This document shows positions 47,206-57,749 of a stretch of 64,000 bases of DNA, piece after piece. Position 1 is the first letter of the stretch; every line of letters starts with the position of its first letter. The stretch comes from Bilabrum cf. latius (lineage: Eukaryota): assembly GCA_965178125.1 (NCBI GenBank), contig OZ237767.1:558001-622000 (forward strand), in the 5' to 3' direction. A program made the translations under genes and the position numbers. The notes under the pieces are model-generated. The model was not told the DNA's origin, ran no database searches, and worked only from the letters and a program-made list of their open reading frames with translations.

Positions 47206-47751
47206 TTAGAAATCTTTTAATGCCTCGTTTAGTTGCTCTCTAAAGGCTTCTTCATCATCATCTTCATCATCTGGTTTCTCAACATTTCTATTATTATCAC
47301 GTTTTTGTTTCTTCTTATTCCTCTTCTTAGTCTTTTTCTTGGGTCTTCTTGGTTCTTCTTCTTCTTCTGGTTCCTCTACTTCCTCGGGTATAAATTGACC
47401 GTATGACAAATTAATATATTTGATGGGTTTGTCCTTCTTTTTAATTGTCATTATGGGGTCTTTACTCTCAAAATTTCCTGTATAATAAATCGGGGGCTCA
47501 CTAGAAAACATATAAATGTATGGAACAAATGGATTTTTGGCACTGTCGGTTTTCATATCAGGGGTTAGATACAAACCATTTAATTCGTCTTCATCCACTA
47601 GTTCAAATTTATCTTCTACGGTATTATTAAAAAATATCCCTTTAAAAGTCTTAAAGAAGAATTGATTAATATATTTCTTGGCTTTCTTTACGGCTCCTTC
47701 TTCTAAAAGTTCCATTAATTCGCTTGGTTCATAACTCTAAAATTTTGACAT
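47206..47751 (-). CDS. Hypothetical protein (181 aa), possibly the N-terminal remnant of a D5/SF3 helicase
   Basis: ATG at 47751 lies 29 nt from the promoter motif. AKKYINQFFF..GIFF..YINL; no P-loop before TAA. Confidence 0.55.
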
Positions 47752-47843
47752 TCTATATATATTATAATAAAATAAAATCTTTAAGTCATTTTAAACGCGT
47801 CTATTTGGCTTAAAAATAAAATATCTATAGTATATATATAAAA

Positions 47844-48188
47844 ATGGTTAAATTACGTGATATTCAAATTGTTAGAACTCAACTTATTAAAAACAATAAG
47901 CCCGTATATAATTTCGTGTTCCCTCCTCGTCCAGATGATAATGGATTTAATGATTTAGAAATGAAGACTTTATTAAAAAAATATATCTAGAGGTTATTAA
48001 AACAAAAGCCCCATTTAAAGAATTATGATGCGTATGTTAGCTCTCTCTACCCCATAGGCTGGCGAACTGGTTCACCATTTAAATTAAAGGATGATGTAAT
48101 GTTATTCAGTCCTTCTTCTCGCTATACCTTCTTAAGTGATGAGCAAGTGAAGAGATTTATATTAATCCTCACTGCTCCGAAACAATAA
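47844..48188 (+). CDS. Hypothetical protein (114 aa) immediately upstream of pPolB
   Basis: ATG to TAA through one TAG; GWRTGSPF motif. Confidence 0.65.
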
Positions 48189-48266
48189 TTACATTTTATA
48201 ATTTAAACTTTATAATATGTGTTTAAAATGGCTTAAAAATATATTAAATATAATATACTATAGGAA

Positions 48267-49766
48267 ATGATAAATTACGAAAATGTGTTAAATCAATTAA
48301 ATATATGCTTTGGTAAAAAGTATGATAACCCCATTCAATCCGTAAAGTATCTAGAAAAGGTATTTAACGGTAAGCCCATAACTACAAAGAACCTTTATAA
48401 ACTTGTTTCAGGTCTAAAAATGGATATAGAGATTAGAGAGAAAGACGATATAAAGGTCTATTATCTAAGTAGGAAAAAAGAGAGTTTTAAAAGGGTTTGT
48501 TTAGAATATAAAGATGGTTCATTTAAAGCCGTCTAGAGGATGAAACCTTTATTTGTGCGGTGCCATAAATCTATGGTTGTTAAATTAACCGATAAAGCCG
48601 AAATAATTGAAAAAGATAAATATAGAGTTGAGAGCCTGACCGATTATCATTCAAAGAAATATTATCTTCATTACACCATTCACGAATGCCCAGAGGATGA
48701 AGATATCAAAGAATGGAGCTTAAGGCTGAGTATAGCAAGTGATGAATTACACGACGAGAACCCATCATTAGATGTAATGAAATATGGAATCAGACAAACA
48801 GCCCTTCATTTCTTTACAATGTTTAATATGATGATAGATAGCCCACCAGATATAACCCCAGAGGAAGCGGTATTTATTGAAGGTTCAACGCGTGGCGGGA
48901 TTCAATATCACAAGAAGGGACAATATGAGGAGTTTATCACCTACGATATAAATAGTCATTACCCCGCCATTATGTCATCTAATTCACTACTACCATATGG
49001 AAATCCTATTTATAAAACAATTGATAATAAATATATAAATAATAAAAACGAAATAGGGATTTATAAATGTAAGGTAAGCCGTGGAAAATGCGACCCGAAT
49101 ATCTTTCAAATGATGAAGGTATTTGAAAATGAATTTACTTATTATGTCTTTACAGATATGAATATGTTTGTTAAATATGGTTGTGAGATAGAGATGTCAA
49201 GCGACGAATTTAATTTTATGACCTATGATAAATATATCAAAAGTGAAACACTTTTTAAATCCTATGTCTCAATGTTCTACAAATTAAAAAGCAAATCATA
49301 TCTAGCAAAAGAAATATTAAATTCATTATGGGGTAAATTATGTAGTTCCTCTAAAAAGACAATTACATCAAAAGACGATAAAAAAATAAATATAGATAAA
49401 TTTGATATTGACCGTGTAGAAATGGATAATGACGGAGAATTTATTTATCATTTGAAACATAAAGTACCCTTTAAATATAGCTGGGGAAAATTGAAACCTT
49501 TTATTCTGGCATATGGAAGACAACGATTGATGAAGAAAGTGAATAAGAACAACGCTAAACATATTATACGAATTCACACCGACAGTATCACATTTAACAA
49601 AAGATTAAATTTTAAAGTAGGTAAAGAATTAGGTGAATATAAAAAAGAATAGATAAATGAAGAAGGATAGAAATTAATTATCCACGGATAGAATGATTTA
49701 ATGGTCGTAAATGAAAAAGAAGAAATTATATCAAGGAAAGGAAAAAAAGGCGGTTTAATGCTTTGA
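48267..49766 (+). CDS. Protein-primed family B DNA polymerase, compact (~499 aa)
   Basis: TRGG, motif A YDINSHYP, motif B KEILNSLWGKL, ILAYGR, motif C IHTDSI, ELGEYK. Confidence 0.9.
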
Positions 49767-49793
49767 ATTAAATATTTATTAATTATATAATAT

Positions 49794-49952
49794 ATGATTA
49801 ATATTATTAGTAATATCTTTGTTTAGTATGCTATTAAGAAGGCATTAAAGAAGGTAAAAAATAAATTAATGAAGAATCCAAATAATAAAAGACTCTATGA
49901 AGAATATAGAAAAAAAACGGCTCACGCAATTAAAAAATTATCATTTTATTAA
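49794..49952 (+). CDS. Small basic protein (52 aa)
   Basis: Fills the gap between genes; TATATA leader; one TAG. Confidence 0.4.
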
Positions 49953-49960
49953 TTATATAG

Positions 49961-50668
49961 ATGAATGATAATATACCTAATTATGTTAATAGTCCTAAAT
50001 TATGGCGTCAGGCAGTTGAGAAAGTAAATAGAACGTATAAAAAGCCTTCAGCTTATCGTTCATTAGCATATTTTGCTCGTTATAAAAAACTAGGGGGGAC
50101 ATATGATAAAATTAAATTAAATGAAGCATAGAAAAATTTACGACGATGGAAATTAGAGGATTGGAAGAATTAGAAGGGAGAAAAGGGATATTAGGAAAAA
50201 GGAGATATATATAGACCCACTAAAAGAATAAATAAAGAGACCCCTTTAACCTTTGGAGAATTAGACACGGAAGAAATAGAGGAAGCAATGAAGGAAAAAT
50301 TTAATAACGGACACGTGAAATCATTTAGACCTAAACCAGTTTTTAATTTATATAAATCAACTAAATCAAATAAAAAATATATGATTAAAGTAGTTCAAGG
50401 TAATAATATTCTGTTTACTGTTCATTTTGGTGGAATTAAGAATGATGGTACCCCTTATATGGACTTTATACAATATTATAATAAAGATGGAGAGAAGGAA
50501 GCAAACCGTAAAAAGAAAAATTATATTAAAAGACATTCAATAAATGAAGACTTTAAAGACTATAAATCCCCCGCTTTTTGGTCTAGGTTTGTATTATGGA
50601 ATGAACCAACATTAAAAGATAGCTTTATGGACGCCGTAGATAGAGCTAAAAAATTAATGAAAGTTTAA
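49961..50668 (+). CDS. Fusion of two small giant-virus/virophage domains (DUF5872-like + DUF5754-like), ~235 aa
   Basis: PSAYRS..YKKLGGTY..LRRWKLEDWKN*KG..IYRPTKRINKETPLTFGEL, then STKSNKKYM..VHFG..YIKRH..SPAFWSRFVLW. Family names are from memory. Confidence 0.65.
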
Positions 50669-50721
50669 TATTATAGGTTTGATATAAGTTTTAGTTTTTC
50701 TCTTATTTATATATACAAAAA

Positions 50722-51243
50722 ATGAGCTTAGCAAGATTATCGCAACCTAATGATATATCTATTCAATGTAAGAATGTCGCAACTGGTAGATTAGATAGTA
50801 GTGGTCTATATGTAAATGCTGTTGTGAATAGTAGTGATGTAGTTGTTAGCAACGCAGGATTACATCTTGACAGTAAGGGTATTTCTTACATCACTTCGGG
50901 TCAAGCTTTACGATTCGGTGCCAATACCGCATCTGCTGGTTTAGTTATGAGTTTTGATGAAGACGGTCACGAATGTGATTTAACCGTAAAAGGTGAAGTA
51001 GTAGCAAATAACACCGTAGCGCATAAAGGAAGGGTAAATTGGAGTGGTGGAGGTGCTACTGAATTCGCTAGTGTTCCGGGTATGACTTCTAGTGATTTGG
51101 TTTTTATTACTACAATCACCCCCGCCAGTGAGCCGGTTGAATTTTCCCACGTAGTAGCAGGAACCGATGGATTTACGATTCATTTAACGGGTGGTAATTC
51201 CTCTAATGATTGGTCGGCTAATTGGATGGTTATTAAAGGTTGA
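50722..51243 (+). CDS. Beta-rich putative fibre/spike structural protein (173 aa)
   Basis: G/S/T/V-rich ORF; C-terminal domain ..TDGFTIHL..NWMVIKG resembles fibre-tip domains. Confidence 0.5.
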   Translation: MSLARLSQPNDISIQCKNVATGRLDSSGLYVNAVVNSSDVVVSNAGLHLDSKGISYITSGQALRFGANTASAGLVMSFDEDGHECDLTVKGEVVANNTVAHKGRVNWSGGGATEFASVPGMTSSDLVFITTITPASEPVEFSHVVAGTDGFTIHLTGGNSSNDWSANWMVIKG

Positions 51244-51285
51244 AAAATCTTTTTATTTATAAAAAAAATAAATAAATAGATAAAT

Positions 51286-51588
51286 TTAAATTGATATCTC
51301 CGGTGGTTTAATCCCGCTATTAAGCAGGGTTTGATTAAGTTTCTTGATATATTCCTCTAGTATATCCTTTTTTGGTTCTTTGAGATTTTTTTGGTGTTTC
51401 TTCGTTCGTTCGTGTCTCGTTCTGTCCTTCCTTCTATAATAACAATCACACACATCGCATTTAACTTTTTCATTTCCTCTAGCTAAATATTTTTTATTCC
51501 ATTTGTCTTTGTTTGTTTTGTAATATTCCTACATATAATTAATTTTTGGTTGCTCCTCTGTATTGCTTGAACTCTAAATATCGCTCAT
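51286..51588 (-). CDS. C2H2-type zinc-finger protein (100 aa)
   Basis: KVKCDVCDCYY..RTRHERTKKH; promoter motif 28 nt upstream. Confidence 0.75.
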
Positions 51589-51646
51589 CACTATATATTA
51601 TATAAATATATAATGTTTAAGTTATTTTAAACACATAAAAAAGGTA

Positions 51647-54424
51647 TTAAATATTCTGATCTAATCGTTCGTTGGATTCCTTGTATATGTCCTTCATTTC
51701 GGGATACTAATATTTATAAACTTCATCAAATAATTCTTTCTCCTTGGTGAATTTAATTCTTAATTCTCTATCCTTTTTATCCTTTTTATTCCCCATACTC
51801 CAGGAGGTTTTAATATTTCCAAATAACTACTTATATAATTTTACTATTGCCCCGTGTAATTCACTATCGGTTTCTATTGGCTTCTATAATCTCGCCCCGC
51901 TTACTTCTACATATCTTTTACCCATTTCTATATATTTAATGGATTTCTCATTTTTACGTGTATAACTTAAATCAAATTTATTCAATTTAAGCGTCTATAA
52001 CATCTCCTACAATATGATTATTTTATTCTTTGTACTTTTTGCTTTCTCATCCTTAAAATCCTTTCTATCCTTTAATTCTGTCATTAGTTTATATTTATCT
52101 TTTCTCTTAAAATTAGCATAATTAAAATAATTCATTAATTTGTAATTATCAATTAATAACATTTTAATATCCTCCGTTATGGCTGTCTCTGGTAGCCCTA
52201 AAATTTCAATTCTTCTTTTTATATGGTCGTTCTCTACATCAAATGAATCAATCTATTCTTGTAGTACCTCCATTGTCGCCTCTTTCATCTGCTATTTATT
52301 CATTCGTTGTGGTAATTCCTTATCCACCTATACATCGGCACCCCTGTTTTTAAGAATAAGCTATAAATGAATATATTTATTTGTTTCGTATGTATCACAT
52401 TTGAAATTATATAATTTCTTGAGTGGTAAATAAACCTTATATGATGCCTCTATCATTGCTTTATGGGCTATCTCTTCATCATCTTCTCCCTCAAAAATAT
52501 CAATGTCAATATCATTCTCCTACATTATCCTTTTTTCGTATTTTTCTAATTTAGTATATAAATCTGTCTATGCGTTAATTTCCATATTTAAGGTCGTCTA
52601 TACCTCCTTTAAATTCTCATATCTTGGATAAATGGATTTTACATCTTCAAAATATATATTCATATATTCGGGATTTCTACATCTTGCCAGTTGCTACATC
52701 ATCTACGGCGGTAGAATCGTTTTTCCTTTATATAATCCATACACTGGGCGCTCCATTACACTATCTAATCCGTAAATGACTTTAGGACTAAATATAATTT
52801 TATCATATTTATCTAAGCTCACATCCTCATCAGGTAATAAATCACTAGTAATTAATTTAACGTCCTCTATACCATCTTTACATAACATTTTATAAAATGT
52901 ATCTGCGTTCTTCTTGCTATCACACGCCAGTATAAATTTATCTTCACTTTTTAATTTATCGTAAAATTTCTATTGGTCTTTTTCAAAATATACTTTTACG
53001 TCCTTAAAATGCTTATATTTATTCTTAATGAAGCTAAATTCTACTCCAGCACATTTTAAAAATTTCATCGCTATCTGGGATATGTCAGCATCTACAGCAA
53101 TAAACTATTTACACGTCCTTATCATTTTTAAAATAATAAATAATACAAGAACCCTATTATTATTCATCGTGGTAGAACTTAATATATGCTCTATAATGCT
53201 ATTGAATTCATCCAAAAATACGATGTATTTAGAAAAATCATAATTCACAATTTGGGGGATACTTTCCGGCGTAATAATAAGAGACTATCCAAAATCAAAA
53301 GTTTTATTCTGGTAGAACTCACATTTAATATCTTCATTTAAAAAGCTCTCGTATTGCTCTGTGCCTAAACATACACGGGATACAATGGATAAGAACGGCG
53401 TTTGAACCTGTTTAATGTATTTCTTAAATGCTGTTGTTTTACCTGTTCCTGTATCACTTTTTACCACATAATTATATTCATATTTAAAAAATCGTTCGGG
53501 CTTCTCTATATCATCTAATTTAGGTTTATTAATTTCTGTATACCCGTTAATATTCTCGTCATAAGGACGATAATAACACTTTGAAATATACTTATCTTTC
53601 ACAAATGCCTTTAAACTTTTATCATTCTAAATTATTGAATTAACTAAATTAAAGGTTTTTAACTTATCAAAATAATGGATAGAGTTCCACACCTTGTTAT
53701 TTTTGTGGTAGTCGTATTTATTGCCCTTCTTGCTCCACTCCTACCACTCCTTCTTAAATCCTAAATATTTACTCGCTAGGGTTGCTTTATACCAATCACT
53801 ATAATTATTTAAATATTTCTTATCTAGTCTATTTAATATAATTGACCAGTCTTTACCATTTAAAATGAATTTCATCATACAGTTATTCACATCTTGATTA
53901 TCAATTTTTGATATCCTTTTACTCGCCCCTTTTACGTTGGATTTCTTAGAGGATTTAATAATATACTTTTCATAAAATTTATAAAGCTCCTTAGGACATT
54001 TTTTTATTTCTACATTATTAATAACTTCGTATTTTGACCCATTTATGCCACTTGGTGGTGCCACTACATAAGCCCCATCATTCCTAATATCAACGTCAAT
54101 ATCTCTATTGGTGGTAGTTAATATATTCTAATCATATTTAAAATATAGATGATACCCTCCACCCGCTGTTTTAACCGTGAATGTGTTGAACCGCTTCACA
54201 AAGTCATCTGAAAATTTCTTGATGAATAAATGCTCCTTCTTATCGCTCCATTTATATGAATCAATATCAAACACGGTTATATTATTAATTTCTCCGGTGA
54301 TAATAGCCATATTCTGATTATTAAATCGTTTAGGCTCGGGTTTGGTGAGATATCGCCAGCTTTTAACATCAGGTATTTTTTGATTGTGCTTGATGGGGAA
54401 ACTAACGAGGTTTTTATTATTCAT
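51647..54424 (-). CDS. Prim-Pol (AEP) + PriCT-2 + UL9-like superfamily-2 helicase fusion (~925 aa)
   Basis: NMAIITG..VFDID, TAGGGYHLYF, DIRNDGAYVVAPPS; YSDWYK..W*EWSK; KSDTGTGKTT, SIVSR, FLDEFNS, VDAD, FSPKVIYGLD, MM*QLARCRN. Track fragments share one frame. Confidence 0.88.
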
Positions 54425-54579
54425 TTTCTATATATATTATTAGAAATATATTTTTAAACTATTTTAAACGCCATATTTAATTATAGAGGGCTTAAAGGGG
54501 CTATAATAATTAATGAAGGTAAAAGGTGATTTTTGCCATTTAGCCCTAAAAAATAGATTGTGATATGAATGGTGTATTT

Positions 54580-54775
54580 TAACACCTTCTAAAGTGATGG
54601 AACTATTTTTAAAAATTATCTAAAGGTCCCATACCACCTTCACAAGAGGCCCTACATCCACGTTTTGCTAGAAATACTATATAATTATACGCAATTTGTG
54701 GATATAGCCATCGTATAGATTTTAATATAGCGGTTATATTAAAATATTTTATTAAATTCTAGCCCGTTTATTAAG
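54580..54775 (-). repeat. Internal inverted copy of the TIR-related element (core 54656-54703)
   Basis: accttcacaagaggccctacatccacgttttgcta...tacgcaatttgtggatatagccatcgta. Confidence 0.85.
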
Positions 54776-54787
54776 TTGTAGGGGCTT

Positions 54788-55558
54788 TTAATTATAGATA
54801 TCTTGTAGTTTTTCGTGTTCGGCCTTCACATCAAGGGTCAAATATACCCGGCTATTCCAAAACTCAGGGCTGTTGATATCATCGCTATTATTAATATTAT
54901 AATTCCTTTTTATTTTTGATATCATAATTTGTAATTTACGAGGGCTAAACTATTTCTTAAGAGCCTCTACATCGGGTAAATTAATTTCACCAAAAAATAC
55001 ATCATTTCCATTTACGGACACTTTATACCTATAGTCTCCGTCTTCTAGCCTTTCTAGGTCTCCTATTATTTGTTTCTCTTCCTCAGGTATCATTTCATCA
55101 TCACTTTCTGCTTCTATCTAGTCTTGTTCGGTACTAACGCTGTTTATTTCACTTTCACTGTCAGGCTCCATACCGGTAAATTTTTCATCTATTGCGGTCT
55201 ATCTAATTAATTCTGGCGGTTGTAAATCATCTACATCATTATAAATTTTATTATTCTGTGGTTTATAGTCATTAAATTTATCTAGAATGTATGTTTGGTT
55301 AATTTCAAGCTGGTCGTTATTATCGTGTTGTATCTTCTGTTTCTCTTCTTTCTTGGGTTTTTTGACGGCTTTTTTCTCTTTAATATCACTAACTATATTT
55401 TTATTAATTAATTTAGACGTGGAAAACCTTCCACCTAAATCTACATACGTAGTAATGGTCTCTAAAATTTTTTGCGTACTATCTGTAATATGGTCTGTAG
55501 CCTTATAAATCTGCTTCATTAGGACGGGATTTTCAATGACATAATTATTAAAGTTCAT
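54788..55558 (-). CDS. Acidic hypothetical virophage protein (~256 aa)
   Basis: Track ORF extended through TAGs to TAA at 54788. Confidence 0.65.
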
Positions 55559-55870
55559 ATCTATAATACTAAGTTATAATTTTTGAGTTTTAAAAAAACG
55601 CTTAGAGGTGGGGGGGTTATGTGGGGGTTATCCCTAGCCTTTAGGCTAGGGTTATGGGTCTGGCTTCAATTATTCAATCCAATTCTCCTTCCTTTGCGGT
55701 TCCATCCGTCAGTTTATACCCTCCTGCCCTACATTTTCATCACTTCCTCGTGCTGGAACTTCTCACTGCTACCACTGGAATCGGCTATCGTCTACCACCT
55801 TCTCATCTTCATCTTCGGAACCTGTGCTACGCCAAAATTTATCTGGACCACACATAAAACACATAAAACA

Positions 55871-56338
55871 ATGGCCGGGGTTTCTACAGATGTTAATGAT
55901 GAAGTAATGAAGGCGCTTATTGCTGGTATTGAAGACATTGGAGCAGTGGGCGAGGAGTGGGACAGGGTTCTTCAATCTTTTGACGGCGAGACTGCCACGG
56001 TGAAGCTAGGCGAGGAAATCCAGACCTATGAGATTATCACCGAAGAAGAAGCAGACAAACGTTTGGACGACCACGCTACAGAGACGCTTGCTTCCTTCGT
56101 TCCTGCGTTCCTCTCGCGCTTCCTGCCTTGCGATGCCGATATCATAAGCACCGCTACCGCTGACGCGAACCACAGCGAGGCTTTAAGCGCCCTTCTTAAG
56201 TCATTTATAGTGGCTTAGGGGCGCTGGGACGACCTCATTCAGGCCTGTAAAGATGAGGACGGGCTGGGACATTTTCTAAACAGCTACGACGGGAGCACGA
56301 GCGAGCAAAATGGATACGTGGTGATGCGTGTGGATTGA
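55871..56338 (+). CDS. Hypothetical protein (155 aa) in the higher-GC terminal cassette
   Basis: ATG at 55871, one TAG (56216), C-terminal EDGLGHFLNSYDG..YVVMRVD, TGA. Confidence 0.7.
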
Positions 56339-56521
56339 TTGGATTGACTGAGACCACAAATGAAACATTGAAATGCTCTTCAATGCGGGATTCCACCCGT
56401 GTCAATGCTGGAAGCACGGTTCGTACCCTGCTACACACGACAGCGTGGCCACTCCAATATAGCCGTGTCCCTACCAATAACAAACACGACAATTTATAAT
56501 AAAAAAGGTTGTTCAACCTTC

Positions 56522-57215
56522 TCACTTCTCCATCTTGGGCTAAGAACCCGCCGTCCGGGGATAGTCCTGGATGAGATTCTCATTGCCGCGAAACCGCTTG
56601 GCTGGTGCGGCGATGCCAGATTCCAGAAGAAGCTACTTGTTGAAGTCTTGGCGGCGCTTCCTCTTCTGGTTCTTCTCCAAAACATCACCAACGAGCGATG
56701 GGATGTCATATGCTGGAAGAAATGGCTTGAGGATAGCCATTTTCTGTGCCAAGAACGCCTGTGTCTGCCTCGTCTCCGCGTAATCTCTGCCGTGATGTAG
56801 AATCTTCAGCACGCCATTAATCCGGTCAAAGTCAGCATCGGTATCGTCAAGACTCCCCTTGGGGAATATTGAAGCGATAACAGCGAGTAGAGCCTTTGAG
56901 TTGACGCCTGTCGGTTCCAATGCTCCGACCGCCTCCCGAATTGCCTTCTCCAGCGACTTCCCGGTTTGCTCAACGAGGTGCATGTCCCCTAGTAGCCTTG
57001 AATGCGCTTTCAAAAGCTTCTTGGGGTTCTTCTCGGTTTGTACGGTGTCCTGGAAGGTGAGTAGCGCTTCCGTTCCCGTTTTCTTGCGTTGGTCGGGCTT
57101 GAAGAGCTGCGTTGGCGAGCAAAACCGGTGCGATAGATACAGATACGGTCAGCAAAGCAATTTCCATATGTTGATTATCTATCCTGTGGATTCTTACCTC
57201 AATCTTGCGGTCCAT
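56522..57215 (-). CDS. Intron-containing hypothetical gene (exons 57198-57215 and 56522-57106, ~200 aa)
   Basis: ATG GAC CGC AAG ATT GAG|GTAAGA...GCTGAC...ACGCAG|CTC TTC AAG. A 91-nt phase-0 intron joins the ATG to an upstream-open frame. Confidence 0.65.
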
Positions 57216-57328
57216 ATCTATTGTTTTAGGCTGGTGAAGTGATCAGCTGGCCTACAGCGTCATCGTTCCGGGGTGTATTGAACTGTGGCGCTTGTGGTAT
57301 TGCGATGACGAGTGTAGCAAGTTGCTGT

Positions 57329-57749
57329 AGCGCGTTTGTTCCATTTGTGAAGGTATAAGCGAGGATAAGGGGGTATAATGAAGGTAGTTTAGAAGGTTGA
57401 ATAATGGAGTCCCATAAAGTGATGGAACTTTTGGCTAGAAAATGGCTAGAGTCCCATAACACCTTCACAAGAGGGCTACATCCACGTTTTGCTAAATAAT
57501 ACATATACTAATACGCAATTTGTGGATATGGTCATCGTATAGAGTTTTATATATAATTGATTTTCTATAATTAGAAGGATAAAGCAGTTATATGAAGTAG
57601 CAGTATGAAGAGGCTCACCTTGACTTTTGGAGCGACTAGCGACAAAAGGAATGGAGAGAGGGAAGAGCTTTAGCTCTGACTGAACGTAATTATTGAAACT
57701 TGTTTCCTTAACCGAAGGGAATAAATTTATTTATTACCGTAGCGGGGGG
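57329..57749 (-). repeat. Right terminal inverted repeat (~421 bp)
   Basis: Reverse complement of 30902-31326. Confidence 0.95.

Larger units (their letters stand above)
30902..57749. mobile_element. Endogenous virophage / mavirus-Polinton-like provirus, ~26.8 kb, apparently intact
   Basis: Abrupt switch to AT-rich DNA. TIRs begin CCCCCCGCTACGG and end CCGTAGCGGGGGG. TSD CAGCC at 30897-30901 and 57750-57754. Carries integrase, ATPase, protease, penton, MCP, pPolB and primase-helicase genes. Confidence 0.95.

Noticed and set aside
30902-57749. Virophage genes as pseudogenes degraded by nonsense mutations
   Set aside because: All interruptions are TAG, with no TAA, TGA or frameshift. Catalytic motifs and TIRs are intact, and host genes show the same pattern.
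30902-57749. AT-rich block as bacterial/phage contamination or chimeric assembly
   Set aside because: TIRs, an exact TSD, in-phase flanking repeats and the shared TAG code argue for genuine integration. Long-read confirmation is still desirable because both flanks are repeats.
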